Shown here: in pieces, positions 49,290 to 60,000 of the stretch
Layout of the letters: each line of letters begins with the position of its first letter
Position numbering within the stretch: position 1 is the first letter of the stretch
Assembly: GCA_965197525.1 (NCBI GenBank)
Contig: OZ240211.1
Span: forward strand, 320,001 to 384,000
Source: Nitrosopumilus sp.
GTDB lineage: Archaea > Thermoproteota > Nitrososphaeria > Nitrososphaerales > Nitrosopumilaceae
Length of the DNA stretch: 64,000 nucleotides
Direction: 5' to 3'
Program-made: the position numbers and the translations under genes
Notes under the pieces: generated by a model
What the model was told of the DNA's origin: nothing
The model's database searches: none
What the model saw: only the letters and a program-made list of their open reading frames with translations

Positions 49290-49311
49290 ATATGGTTACA
49301 AAAACAGAACC

Positions 49312-49842
49312 TCATTGTACCAATTCGGGATAGAGAGATAGTGCACCTTTTGCCATAGTTGTCCCCATCTCTGACAAATAGTATTTTTTCCCTTTTTTGA
49401 CTATATGTTCTGCTGCGACCAATTCATCGAGAATCATACTAGAATCCATCTGAATTGCAGATGTCTTTTTTGTCGCACTCTTTTGTAACAAGTACACAAG
49501 CATCTCATCATCTCTGTCAGGTTCAGGATAGTATGATGTACGAATCAACATCTTTTGCATGTTCGCAGGCATTGATGTCATCCCAGTTTTTGCTTTTGCT
49601 TGAACATGTATCAGATGATTTGAGCGAGTTATGTTGATCTTTGTTGATTCTAATTGTTCCTGAAATATCTCTATCAAGTTGAGTATCTTCTGCACAGTTC
49701 TGAAATTTAATTTTGTCTCTTTGCATAGGTGATTCAAGGTGTAGGATTCTCCATCTTCAATGGTATTCATTATTTGTATGGTTGCACTAGTAAGATCCGT
49801 TCTAGACATTATGTTATTTATGCCAATATTGTCATATAACAC
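49312..49842 (-). CDS. Winged-HTH domain protein
   Basis: TLNHLCKETKLNFRTVQKIL and a C-terminal wing KKYYLSEMG; the real start is probably MSRTDL. Confidence 0.6.
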   Translation of the reverse strand: MLYDNIGINNIMSRTDLTSATIQIMNTIEDGESYTLNHLCKETKLNFRTVQKILNLIEIFQEQLESTKINITRSNHLIHVQAKAKTGMTSMPANMQKMLIRTSYYPEPDRDDEMLVYLLQKSATKKTSAIQMDSSMILDELVAAEHIVKKGKKYYLSEMGTTMAKGALSLYPELVQ

Positions 49843-50012
49843 TTATTTCCTTTTTTCAAATAACGATCTACTACTTGTGGTCTCGTAAAACCAGACGTAT
49901 GAACTGCATCATCAATGATTTGTGCTAATCCTTTTACCATAACAACACGGAATATCATACAGGTAGTAGTATTTACCATCTTAAAAACAATACAGTTTGT
50001 GTAATCAACCAA
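49818..50012 (-). CDS. Small hypothetical protein, possibly ribbon-helix-helix-like
   Basis: LAQIIDDAVHTSGFTRPQVVDRYL resembles a helix-helix pattern; weak. Confidence 0.2.
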   Translation of the reverse strand: MVDYTNCIVFKMVNTTTCMIFRVVMVKGLAQIIDDAVHTSGFTRPQVVDRYLKKGNKCYMTILA

Positions 50013-50064
50013 AAAAATATGACTTTATGATGATTTTTGCTTTTGAATCTTAGTATTATAGAAG

Positions 50065-50148
50065 CGCAAAGAATGGGATTTGAACCCACGTGACGGTGAA
50101 ATCAATTGATCTTAAGGCAATCGCCATACCAGACTAGGCGACCTTTGC
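50065..50148 (-). tRNA. tRNA-Leu (UAA), class II with atypical features
   Basis: Acceptor GCAAAGG/TCTTTGC, D arm GCC-TAGTCTGGTAT-GGC, anticodon loop CTTAAGA, long variable arm and T arm GTGGG-TTCAAAT-CCCAT. Confidence 0.88.
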
Positions 50149-50564
50149 ACTGTTAATATTTTCATATTAAGTAAAAATGTTCTGGGCTGATTTCACCATT
50201 TTTGCCTAGACCCAGAACGTGTAACGTTCAACGTACACCATATCATATACTAACCCACCTATTAACTTTTTTTAACTAAGGATTCATCGAACCCTACATC
50301 AATTTTGAGGTTTTTCATGTCTCGAACGTTAGTCAAGTCTTATTACATCATAACTGGCTGAATAGTTGTCTCAGTAGCTCCATAAATGTGTTGGAAGTAA
50401 ACAGATGCACCTGAGGGGCAGCTGTATCATATCTTGATAAAAAGGGTGTGAAATACGTTATTGGAATGATTGAGAATGAGTCTGATCGCATATCAAAAAT
50501 TTCAACTGATACTAGTTGACTACAAAATAATCCCAAGTGATCACCGAACTATAGTCCATAATGC

Positions 50565-52766
50565 TCAATCAGAATCAGAAGACGCAAGCAAGGAAGACAG
50601 AGCATCAAGCCAGCTCTGTCGGGTTGTCATTACATCCAGGTTAACCAACGACACATTATCATCATCATCTTTAACAAATTGTATGGCATTACCGCCAAAA
50701 TTGCCGATGACATCATATGGAACGTCATTCTTTTCAAGAATGCTCCGGACTTGTGCCACATCACCTTTGTTTAATACCACAAGATACCTAGAATGGCTCT
50801 CAGAGAATAACACCCTATCAACATCTAGCACATCACCAGGAATCGAGTCAAGTGACACACAGCACCCTATCTGACCGTTCATACATATCTCAGATACTGC
50901 AACTGCCAGTCCACCCTTGGAGCAGTCATGAACCAGTGATACTGGAACCCTGTTAATTATATCAAGTATACAGTCCATATTTCTCTTTGAATCTGCAAAA
51001 TTAACTATAGGACATCTGCCGCCTACAAACTTGTGAACGTACTCGAAGAACTCTGATCCTCCAAGTTCATCTCTAGTATCACCAACAATTACAAGACAGT
51101 CGCCTGCAGCAGGATTTTTAGGAACAAACAACTTGTTTTTTTTCTCAGTTAGTCCCAGTACCCCGATCACGGGCGTTGGTTTTATTGGACCTGACGCAGT
51201 CTCATTATACAAACTGACCTTCCCTCCAATACATGGAACCTTGAGATAGTTGGCAAAGTCAGCAAGTCCCTGAACCGTCTCCAAAAACGTCCAAAATATC
51301 TCAGGATCATTTGGATCGCCGAACTGCAGATGATCAAGCATCCCTATCGGAGTAGCACCAGTACACACAACGTTTCTGCATGCCTCCTCAAAACATCCGA
51401 TTGCACCCATCCGAGGATCAATGTAACAGTGTTTTGGAGAGCCATCAATCTTGGCAGACAAGAATCGTCCGTTATCTAATCTTAAAACAGATGCATCACT
51501 GCCAGGTTTTAGAACGGTCCTGATTCCAACCTCGTGATCGTACTGGCTGTAAACCCATATCTTACTTGCAATGTTAGGTGATCGTAGCAGTGTCAGCAAT
51601 GTTTCTGAATAATCGTCATTATTGGCAGGCGGGGCAATGTCCCCATCCTCGCGCTGTATCGTATCAATATATGCAGGTTTTCTAGAGGGCAAGTCAAGCA
51701 AGGTTGCGTTAGCCACTACACCTACAGGAAGGTTGGCAAACGTCTCTTTACCCTTTTTGATGTTCATCATACCATCAGTAGTCACCGTACCAATCACAGA
51801 ACACTCTACACGAAATTTCTTGCATATCTCTTGCAGTGCCCCCAGTTTTAATTCATCAGTAACAATGAGCATTCTCTCTTGGGACTCAGAGGTCATGATC
51901 TCAGAAGGCGTCATATCAGATTCTCTGGTGTGAACATCATCCAAGTCGATTTGCATTCCAACTCCCAATGCATCAGAAGTCTCAGAGATTGCACATGATA
52001 GTCCGCCACCACCTAAATCTTTCATGGCATGAATCAGCTTTTTATTTCGCGCCTCCAAAATAACCTCTATTATCAGCTTCTCTATGAATGGATCAGGTAT
52101 CTGAACTGCAGATCTGTCTTGAGACTCCAAAGAGTCAGATGCGAACTGGGAACCACCTATCCCGTCACGCCCCGTAGGACCTCCAAGCAGCACCACTAGA
52201 TCACTTGGATTTGCATGATTTTTGATTAGTTTTGACCTCTCTCCAAACCCGATTGCTGCAACATCAACTAGGGCATAATTCTGATAACAAGAGTCAAACT
52301 CTACCTCTCCTCCAATAGTCGGAATACCCAAACAATTTCCATAATCTGCAATTCCAGTTACGGCATTTTTAAAGAGCCATCGAGCCTGTAAATCGTGCGT
52401 AATATCCCCAAATCGCAAGCCGTCAAATATTGCAATAGGCCTTGTGCCAGCAGACAGGATGTCTCGGATAACACCGCCTACGCCTGTTGCAGCACCACCG
52501 TATGGCTCCACAGCCGATGGGTGGTTGTGACTCTCTATGTGTGCTGTGATGACGTAGCCGTCACCTGCGTCCAAGACACCAGAGTCATATCCCTTTTCAT
52601 TAATTACGAGGGGGCCGCTCATAGGTAAAATTTTGAGATGCTTCTTTGATGATTTGTATGAACAGTGTTCTGACCATTCAGCAGATACAATATCAAGTTC
52701 AGTGTCAGTAGGCACCCTATCAATCTTTGAGTGTAGTTGAGATATCTCGTGTTCTGTAAGGTTCAA
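50565..52766 (-). CDS. purL: FGAM synthase subunit PurL
   Basis: WSEHCSYKSS, IESHNHPS, GAATGVGGVIRD, TGRDGIGG, DLGGGGL and SESQER. Confidence 0.97.
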   Translation of the reverse strand: MNLTEHEISQLHSKIDRVPTDTELDIVSAEWSEHCSYKSSKKHLKILPMSGPLVINEKGYDSGVLDAGDGYVITAHIESHNHPSAVEPYGGAATGVGGVIRDILSAGTRPIAIFDGLRFGDITHDLQARWLFKNAVTGIADYGNCLGIPTIGGEVEFDSCYQNYALVDVAAIGFGERSKLIKNHANPSDLVVLLGGPTGRDGIGGSQFASDSLESQDRSAVQIPDPFIEKLIIEVILEARNKKLIHAMKDLGGGGLSCAISETSDALGVGMQIDLDDVHTRESDMTPSEIMTSESQERMLIVTDELKLGALQEICKKFRVECSVIGTVTTDGMMNIKKGKETFANLPVGVVANATLLDLPSRKPAYIDTIQREDGDIAPPANNDDYSETLLTLLRSPNIASKIWVYSQYDHEVGIRTVLKPGSDASVLRLDNGRFLSAKIDGSPKHCYIDPRMGAIGCFEEACRNVVCTGATPIGMLDHLQFGDPNDPEIFWTFLETVQGLADFANYLKVPCIGGKVSLYNETASGPIKPTPVIGVLGLTEKKNKLFVPKNPAAGDCLVIVGDTRDELGGSEFFEYVHKFVGGRCPIVNFADSKRNMDCILDIINRVPVSLVHDCSKGGLAVAVSEICMNGQIGCCVSLDSIPGDVLDVDRVLFSESHSRYLVVLNKGDVAQVRSILEKNDVPYDVIGNFGGNAIQFVKDDDDNVSLVNLDVMTTRQSWLDALSSLLASSDSD

Positions 52767-53443
52767 TGCGTCACACCCATTTTTTGTATTAGTGACTCAA
52801 AGATGAGTGATGATGGTCCAGAGTCAACAGGGTTGATAACAGATTCTGTCGCCCTCTCAGGATGCGGCATCAGTCCCACTACATTTTGATCCCTGTTGCA
52901 GATACCTGCAATCCTGCCAATAGAACCATTAGTCGCAGTTTCATATCGAAATACTATCTGATTGTTCTTTTCTAGTTCTTGCAGCGTCTGCTCATCCACA
53001 TAGTACCTTCCTTCTCCGTTTGCGATAGGGATCGGGATTTTTGTGTGTAGTTTGAATTGGTTGGTAAATGACGTCTTGTTGTTTTCAACTATTAGGTTAG
53101 TCCATTTACACATAAAATTTAACGACTCGTTCTTGAGCAAGACGCCTGGCAACAGACCAGATTCCACCAATATTTGGAAACCGTTGCATACACCCAGTAC
53201 AGGAACTCCTCTGTCTGCCATCTTTTGTATATCAGGTATCACAGGACTGTGGGCAGCAATAATACCGGCCCTGAGTCTATCACCATAAGAAAAGCCGCCA
53301 GGAAGGATTACAGCATCAATGTTGTCAGGGAGTTTTTTTTCATGCCAGCAGTACTTGGTATCAAGGTGAAACACATCAGTTAGAACGTGATACATGTCGC
53401 GATCACAGTTACTGCCTGGAAAGACCACTAATCCGACTGTCAC
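52763..53443 (-). CDS. purQ: FGAM synthase glutaminase subunit PurQ
   Basis: FPGSNCD, PGGFSYGD, GVCNGFQIL, ANGEGRY and MPHPER. Confidence 0.97.
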   Translation of the reverse strand: MTVGLVVFPGSNCDRDMYHVLTDVFHLDTKYCWHEKKLPDNIDAVILPGGFSYGDRLRAGIIAAHSPVIPDIQKMADRGVPVLGVCNGFQILVESGLLPGVLLKNESLNFMCKWTNLIVENNKTSFTNQFKLHTKIPIPIANGEGRYYVDEQTLQELEKNNQIVFRYETATNGSIGRIAGICNRDQNVVGLMPHPERATESVINPVDSGPSSLIFESLIQKMGVTH

Positions 53444-53564
53444 AATGTCTATACAGATATAGAGTTATTTAATTGAAGCCTAGACGACAGGGATGGGAAA
53501 ATGGCAGACTAGAGGGAATATATGATAACACAAGAGCTGTATTTGACTGGGCTTTGAATGTCTC

Positions 53565-53843
53565 TTAAGACCCATCAAAGACGTCTACTGTGATCTTACT
53601 TACCATGGGATTGTACAGTCTCAGGTCATCGCATATTGAGCGTACTTTGGATGCTGCAGTCGTCTGATTTTCCTCATTCATCGTAAATTTCAGCATCTTT
53701 GCAGTCTTTATCTCAGATATTGTATTATTGTTTGCAGTATGCTGTTTCTTTAAGACAAGGTCGTTGAGAATTGTATCGCCTTCCGGGTCACTGATGCCAG
53801 GTTTGTTCTCAATGGTAACATGAACATTAAAGATTCCCATCAC
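53565..53843 (-). CDS. purS: FGAM synthase subunit PurS
   Basis: KPGISDPEG and LYNPMV; immediately upstream of purQ. Confidence 0.92.
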   Translation of the reverse strand: MMGIFNVHVTIENKPGISDPEGDTILNDLVLKKQHTANNNTISEIKTAKMLKFTMNEENQTTAASKVRSICDDLRLYNPMVSKITVDVFDGS

Positions 53844-54043
53844 ATCAAAGGTGATTCAAGGTTAATTTATCTTTTCAGTAGATCAGTAGGATTGTATTGT
53901 CCTGAAATGTATTGTCCTGAAAGTAATTTGCATCCAAAATAAGGTGAAAAACAAGAGTATGATCTGACGAAAAGAGATGATCTACATGACATGGAACAAT
54001 ACAAAAAATCTCTAGACCGAGGTTATTGCATGTCAGGATGGAA

Positions 54044-57000
54044 TTATGGCGTAGTGGCAGTAACAGTATAGGATTGATCATCTCCTGTAGTAGAAACAAG
54101 GCCAGATAGCGGGTTGGAGGCAGAGTCCACAATGTTGTTGTCTGAGGAGACATCCAAGTTGTATGTGCCCGCATCTGGTGCTGAAACGGTAACTAGGTAT
54201 TGGCTGCCAGACCCGGTTACTGATGTGATGGGGCCAGAGCTAGCACCGTCACCGAGTGTAAGAGTCCAAGAGTTGAGGACTCCAGAGTCCAGATAATAGT
54301 TGTCATTCATGCGCAACTGCCAGTCGCCGTTAATTGAGACGTCATCACCGTATTCAAGCGTGTATGTTTCTGTGATGTCGTCTGCAGAGCCACCGACACG
54401 GTTGTGCAGTGTTACTATCTGGTTGTCAGGCGAGACGAGTTGTACCAAGAGATCGCCCCTCCATGTATGGGTGATGTCTACTACAACTGATACATCAGAG
54501 ACAGTGCCTGATGCAGAGACTGTGATGGTGTCTGTCTTGTCTGTGTCGTGGGGTACGATATCAAGGGATGGCGTACTGGTATACGTAAATGGCTGAGTGG
54601 CATTATACGCAGGACTGTCAGGGGATAACTCAAAGTCATCGGTGCTGACGCCTGTTACTGCCTCACTGAATAGTACTGCAAATTCAAGTGTGTGGTCGTT
54701 AGTAGAGGCGTCTGCTGGGTTGGATCTAGTAATAGAGGTAACAGTTGGTGGTATATCTATGACGTTGACTGTTCTAGTTACCGGTACGGCGGGGTTTCCG
54801 GCACTGTCGTCACATGTAAAGGTTATAGTATATGTTCCAGCTATGTCGGTGTTGACAGGATTATCAACTTGAATGTGAGATTGAGAGATATCGCCATCGG
54901 TGTTATCGATACATGTTGCGCCTGCATCAACGTATGGAGTGCCAAGAGTCGTATCCACAGTAGAATCTGTTAATGTGATTACTGGTTTAACATTATCAAC
55001 TGTGATGGTGACATTATAGGAATGATCCTGATTAGCAGGAACAAGACTAGTCAAAGGAATGTTTGCAGAATTGACAATGTCGGTATCTTGTGCTATGTCC
55101 AAATTGTATACTCCCGATGTAATTGCCATGATTGTTACATAGTATTGGCTGCCAGACCCAGTTACAGATGAAATGGGATTGATGGTAGTAGTGCCGTCAC
55201 CAAGTGTAAGAGTCCAAGAGTTGAGGATGCCAGAGTCCAGATAATAGTTGTCATTCATGCGCAATTGCCAGTCGCCGTTAATTGAGATGTCATCGTCGTA
55301 TTCAAGTGTGTATGTTTCTGTGATGTCGTCTACAGAGCCACCGACACGGTTGTGCAGTGTTACTATCTGGTTGTCAGGCGAGACGAGTTGTACCAAGAGA
55401 TCGCCCCGCCATGTATGGGTGATGTCTACTACAACTGATACATCAGAGACAGTGCCTGATGCAGAGACTGTAATGGTGTCTGTCTTGTCTGTGTCATGGG
55501 GTACGATATCAAGGGATGGCGTACTGGTATACATAAATGTCTGTGAATAACCATCAGTTGGACTATCCGAAGACATGGCAAAGTCAGTCGTGTCCACTCC
55601 GGTGACGTCCTCGCTAAAGGTCACCTTGTAGGTCAGCGTCTGGCTGTCGGTGTTTTCTGTAGCTGGATTGTACCGCTCAATTGATGATAGTGTTGGTGCA
55701 GTGGTGTCATCAGGTACGGTATTGACGGTATACGTCTCGTCAGTACCTGTAGTTGGAGTCACGTCTGTTAGTGGATTGTTTGATTCGTCTTCGATGCCGT
55801 GTCCTGACGATATCAGATCAAGGTTGTATGTGCCGTCCTGTGTGGCCAAAACCGTCACTTGGTACGTGTCGCCAGAACCTGAGATCGATGTTACAGGGGT
55901 TGATGTATCACTGCTGCTGCTACCAGGATTGATCGTAAGCGTCCAGCTGTTCAGGGTACCGTCGTCTGCGGTGGCATAGTTGTCGTTTATCTGTAGCGTC
56001 CAGGTGCCTGCAATGGAGACGCCTGCAAAGTCTGGTGTGTATGTCTGGTCTATGTCATCGGCGCTGCCTCCAGAGCGGTTGTGGAGGATCTTGGTTGTAC
56101 CATCAGGTGCAATAAGATCTATCTTGAGGTCGCCTATGTACGTGTGAGATACATCTATTGCGACAGAGACTGACGTAACAGTACCAGAGCCGGTAACTGT
56201 AATGGTATCTGTTATGGTGTTGGCTGCAGTTATGGCAATGGCAGGAGAACGTGTCTGTGTGAACTGGGCAGAGCTTGATCCGCCCGTGCTATCAGAAGAC
56301 AGGGTAAAGTCAGTCGTGTCCACTCCGGTTACATCCTCGCTGAATGTCACCTCGTAGATTAACGTCTGGCTGTTGGTGTTTTCTGTAACGGGACTGAACC
56401 ACTCAATTGATGATAGTGTTGGCGCAGTGGTGTCAGCAGGTACGGTATTGACGGTATACGTCTCGTCAGTACCTGTAGTTGGAGTCACGTCTGTTAGTGG
56501 ATTGTTTGATTCGTCTTCGATGCCGTGTCCTGACGATATCAGATCAAGGTTGTATGTGCCGTCCTGTGTGGCCAAAACCGTCACTTGGTACGTGTCGCCA
56601 GAACCTGAGATCGATGTTACAGGGGTTGATGTATCACTACTGCTGCTACCAGGATTGATCGTAAGCGTCCAGCTGTTCAGGGTACCGTCGTCTGCGGTGG
56701 CATAGTTGTCGTTTATCTGTAGCGTCCAGGTGCCTGCAATGGAGACGCCTGCAAAGTCTGGTGTGTATGTCTGGTCTATGTCATCGGCGCTGCCTCCAGA
56801 GCGGTTGTGGAGGATCTTGGTTGTACCATCAGGTGCAATAAGATCTATCTTGAGGTCGCCTATGTACGTGTGAGATACATCTATTGCGACAGAGACTGAC
56901 GTAACAGTACCAGAGCCGGTAACTGTAATGGTATCTGTTATGGTGTTGGCTGCAGTTATGGCAATGGCAGGAGAACGTGTCTGTGTGAACTGGGCAGAGC

Positions 57001-60000
57001 TTGATCCGCCCGTGCTATCAGAAGACAGGGTAAAGTCAGTCGTGTCCACTCCGGTTACATCCTCGCTGAATGTCACCTCGTAGATTAACGTCTGGCTGTC
57101 GGTGTTTTCTGTAGCTGGATTGTACCGCTCAATTGATGATAGTGTTGGTGCAGTGGTGTCAGCAGGTACAGTATTGACGGTATACGTCTCGTCAGTACCT
57201 GTAGTTGGAGTCACGTCTGTTAGTGGATTGTTTGATTCGTCTTCGATGTCGTGTCCTGACGATATCAGATCAAGGTTGTATGTGCCGTCCTGTGTGGCCG
57301 AAACCGTTACTTGGTACGTGTCGCCAGAACCTGAGATCGATGTTACAGGGTTTGATGTACCACTACTACTACTACTGCTACTATCAGGATTGATCGTAAG
57401 CGTCCAGCTGTTCAGGGTACCGTCGTCTGCGGTGGCATAGTTGTCGTTTATCTGTAGCGTCCAGGTGCCTGCAATGGAGACGCCTGCAAAGTCTGGTGTG
57501 TATGTCTGGTCTATGTCATCGGCGCTGCCTCCAGAGCGGTTGTGGAGGATCTTGGTTGTACCATCAGGTGCAATAAGATCTATCTTGAGGTCGCCTATGT
57601 ACGTGTGAGATACATCTATTGCGACAGAGACTGACGTAACAGTACCAGAGCCGGTAACTGTAATGGTATCTGTTATGGTGTTGGCTGCAGTTATGGCAAT
57701 GGCAGGAGAACGTGTCTGTGTGAACTGGGCAGAGCTTGATCCGCCCGTGCTATCAGAAGACAGGGTAAAGTCAGTCGTGTCCACTCCGGTTACATCCTCG
57801 CTGAATGTCACCTCGTAGATTAACGTCTGGCTGTCGGTGTTTTCTGTAGCTGGATTGTACCGCTCAATTGATGATAGTGTTGGTGCAGTGGTGTCAGCAG
57901 GTACGGTATTGACGGTATACTGTGATGGTACGTCTCGTCAGTACCTGTAGTTGGAGTCACGTCTGTTAGTGGATTGTTTGATTCGTCTTCGATGTCGTGC
58001 CCTGACGATATCAGATCAAGGTTGTATGTGCCGTCCTGTGTGGCCAAAACCGTCACTTGGTACGTGTCGCCAGAACCTGAGATCGATGTTACAGGGGTTG
58101 ATGTACCACTACTACTACTACTGCTACTATCAGGATTGATCGTAAGCGTCCAGCTGTTCAGGGTACCGTCGTCTGCGGTGGCATAGTTGTCGTTTATCTG
58201 TAGCGTCCAGGTGCCTGCAATGGAGACGCCTGCAAAGTCTGGTGTGTATGTCTGGTCTATGTCATCGGCGCTGCCTCCAGAGCGGTTGTGGACGGTCTTG
58301 ATTGTTCCATCAGGTGCAATAAGATCTATCTTGAGGTCGCCTTTGTATGTGTGGGAGACGTCCACGGCGACAGAGACTGACGTAACAGTACCAGAGCCGG
58401 TAACTGTGATGGTATCTGTTATGGTGTTAGCTGCAGTTATGGCAATGGCAGGAGAACGTGTCTGTGTGAACTGGGCAGAGCTTGATCCGCCCGTGCTATC
58501 AGAAGACAGGGTAAAGTCAGTCGTGTCCACTCCGGTTACATCCTCGCTGAATGTCACCTCGTAGATTAACGTCTGGCTGTTGGTGTTTTCTGTAACGGGA
58601 CTGAACCACTCAATTGATGATAGTGTTGGCGCAGTGGTGTCAGCAGGTACGGTATTGACGGTATACGTCTCGTCAGTACCTGTAGTTGGAGTCACGTCTG
58701 TTAGTGGATTGTTTGATTCGTCTTCGATGTCGTGTCCTGACGATATCAGATCAAGGTTGTATGTGCCGTCCTGTGTGGCCAAAACCGTCACTTGGTACGT
58801 ATCGCCAGAACCTGAGATCGATGTTACAGGGGTTGATGTACCACTACTACTACTACTGCTACTATCAGGATTGATCGTAAGCGTCCAGCTGTTCAGGGTA
58901 CCGTCGTCTGCGGTGGCATAGTTGTCGTTTATCTGTAGCGTCCAGGTGCCTGCAATGGAGACGCCTGCAAAGTCTGGTGTGTATGTCTGGTCTATGTCAT
59001 CGGCGCTGCCTCCAGAGCGGTTGTGGACGGTCTTGATTGTTCCATCAGGTGCAATAAGATCTATCTTGAGGTCGCCTTTGTATGTGTGGGAGACGTCCAC
59101 GGCGACAGAGACTGACGTAACAGTACCAGAGCCGGTAACTGTAATGGTATCTGTTATGGTGTTGGCTGCAGTTATGGCAATGGCAGGAGAACGTGTCTGT
59201 GTGAACTGGGCAGAGCTTGATCCGCCCGTGCTATCAGAAGACAGGGTAAAGTCAGTCGTGTCCACTCCGGTGACGTCCTCGCTAAAGGTCACCTTGTAGG
59301 TCAGCGTCTGGCTGTCGGTGTTTTCTGTAGCTGGATTGTACCGCTCAATTGATGATAGTGTTGGTGCAGTGGTGTCAGCAGGTACAGTATTGACGGTATA
59401 CGTCTCGTCAGTACCTGTAGTTGGAGTCACGTCTGTTAGTGGATTGTTTGATTCGTCTTCGATGTCATGCCCTGACGATATCAGATCAAGGTTGTATGTG
59501 CCGTCCTGTACAGCAGAGACTGTCACGTAATACGTGTCGCCAGAACCTGAGATCGATGTTACAGGGTTTGATGTACCACTACTACTACTACTGCTACTAT
59601 CAGGATTGATCGTAAGCGTCCAGCTGTTCAGGGTACCGTCGTCTGCGGTGGCATAGTTGTCGTTTATCTGTAGCGTCCAGATACCTGCAATTGGAACGCC
59701 TGCAAAGTCTGGTGTGTATGTCTGGTCTATGTCATCGGCGCTGCCTCCAGAGCGGTTGTGGACGGTCTTGATTGTTCCATCAGGTGCAATAAGATCTATC
59801 TTGAGGTCGCCTATGTACGTGTGGGAGACGTCGACTGCAAGCGAGACTGACGTAACAGTACCAGAGTCTGGGACTGTAATGGTATCTGTTATGGTGTTAG
59901 CTGCAGTTATGGCAATGGCAGGAGAACGTGTCTGTGTGAACTGGGCAGAGCTTGATCCGCCCGTGCTATCAGAAGACAGGGTAAAGTCAGTCGTGTCCAC

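Noticed and set aside
50065-50148. UUA codon reassignment to Ser
   Set aside because: TTA encodes conserved Leu positions in core genes of this window.
50410-50520. Short open stretch GAAVSYLDKKGVKYVIGMIE on the + strand
   Set aside because: It has no start codon or recognisable family and is too short to call a pseudogene.
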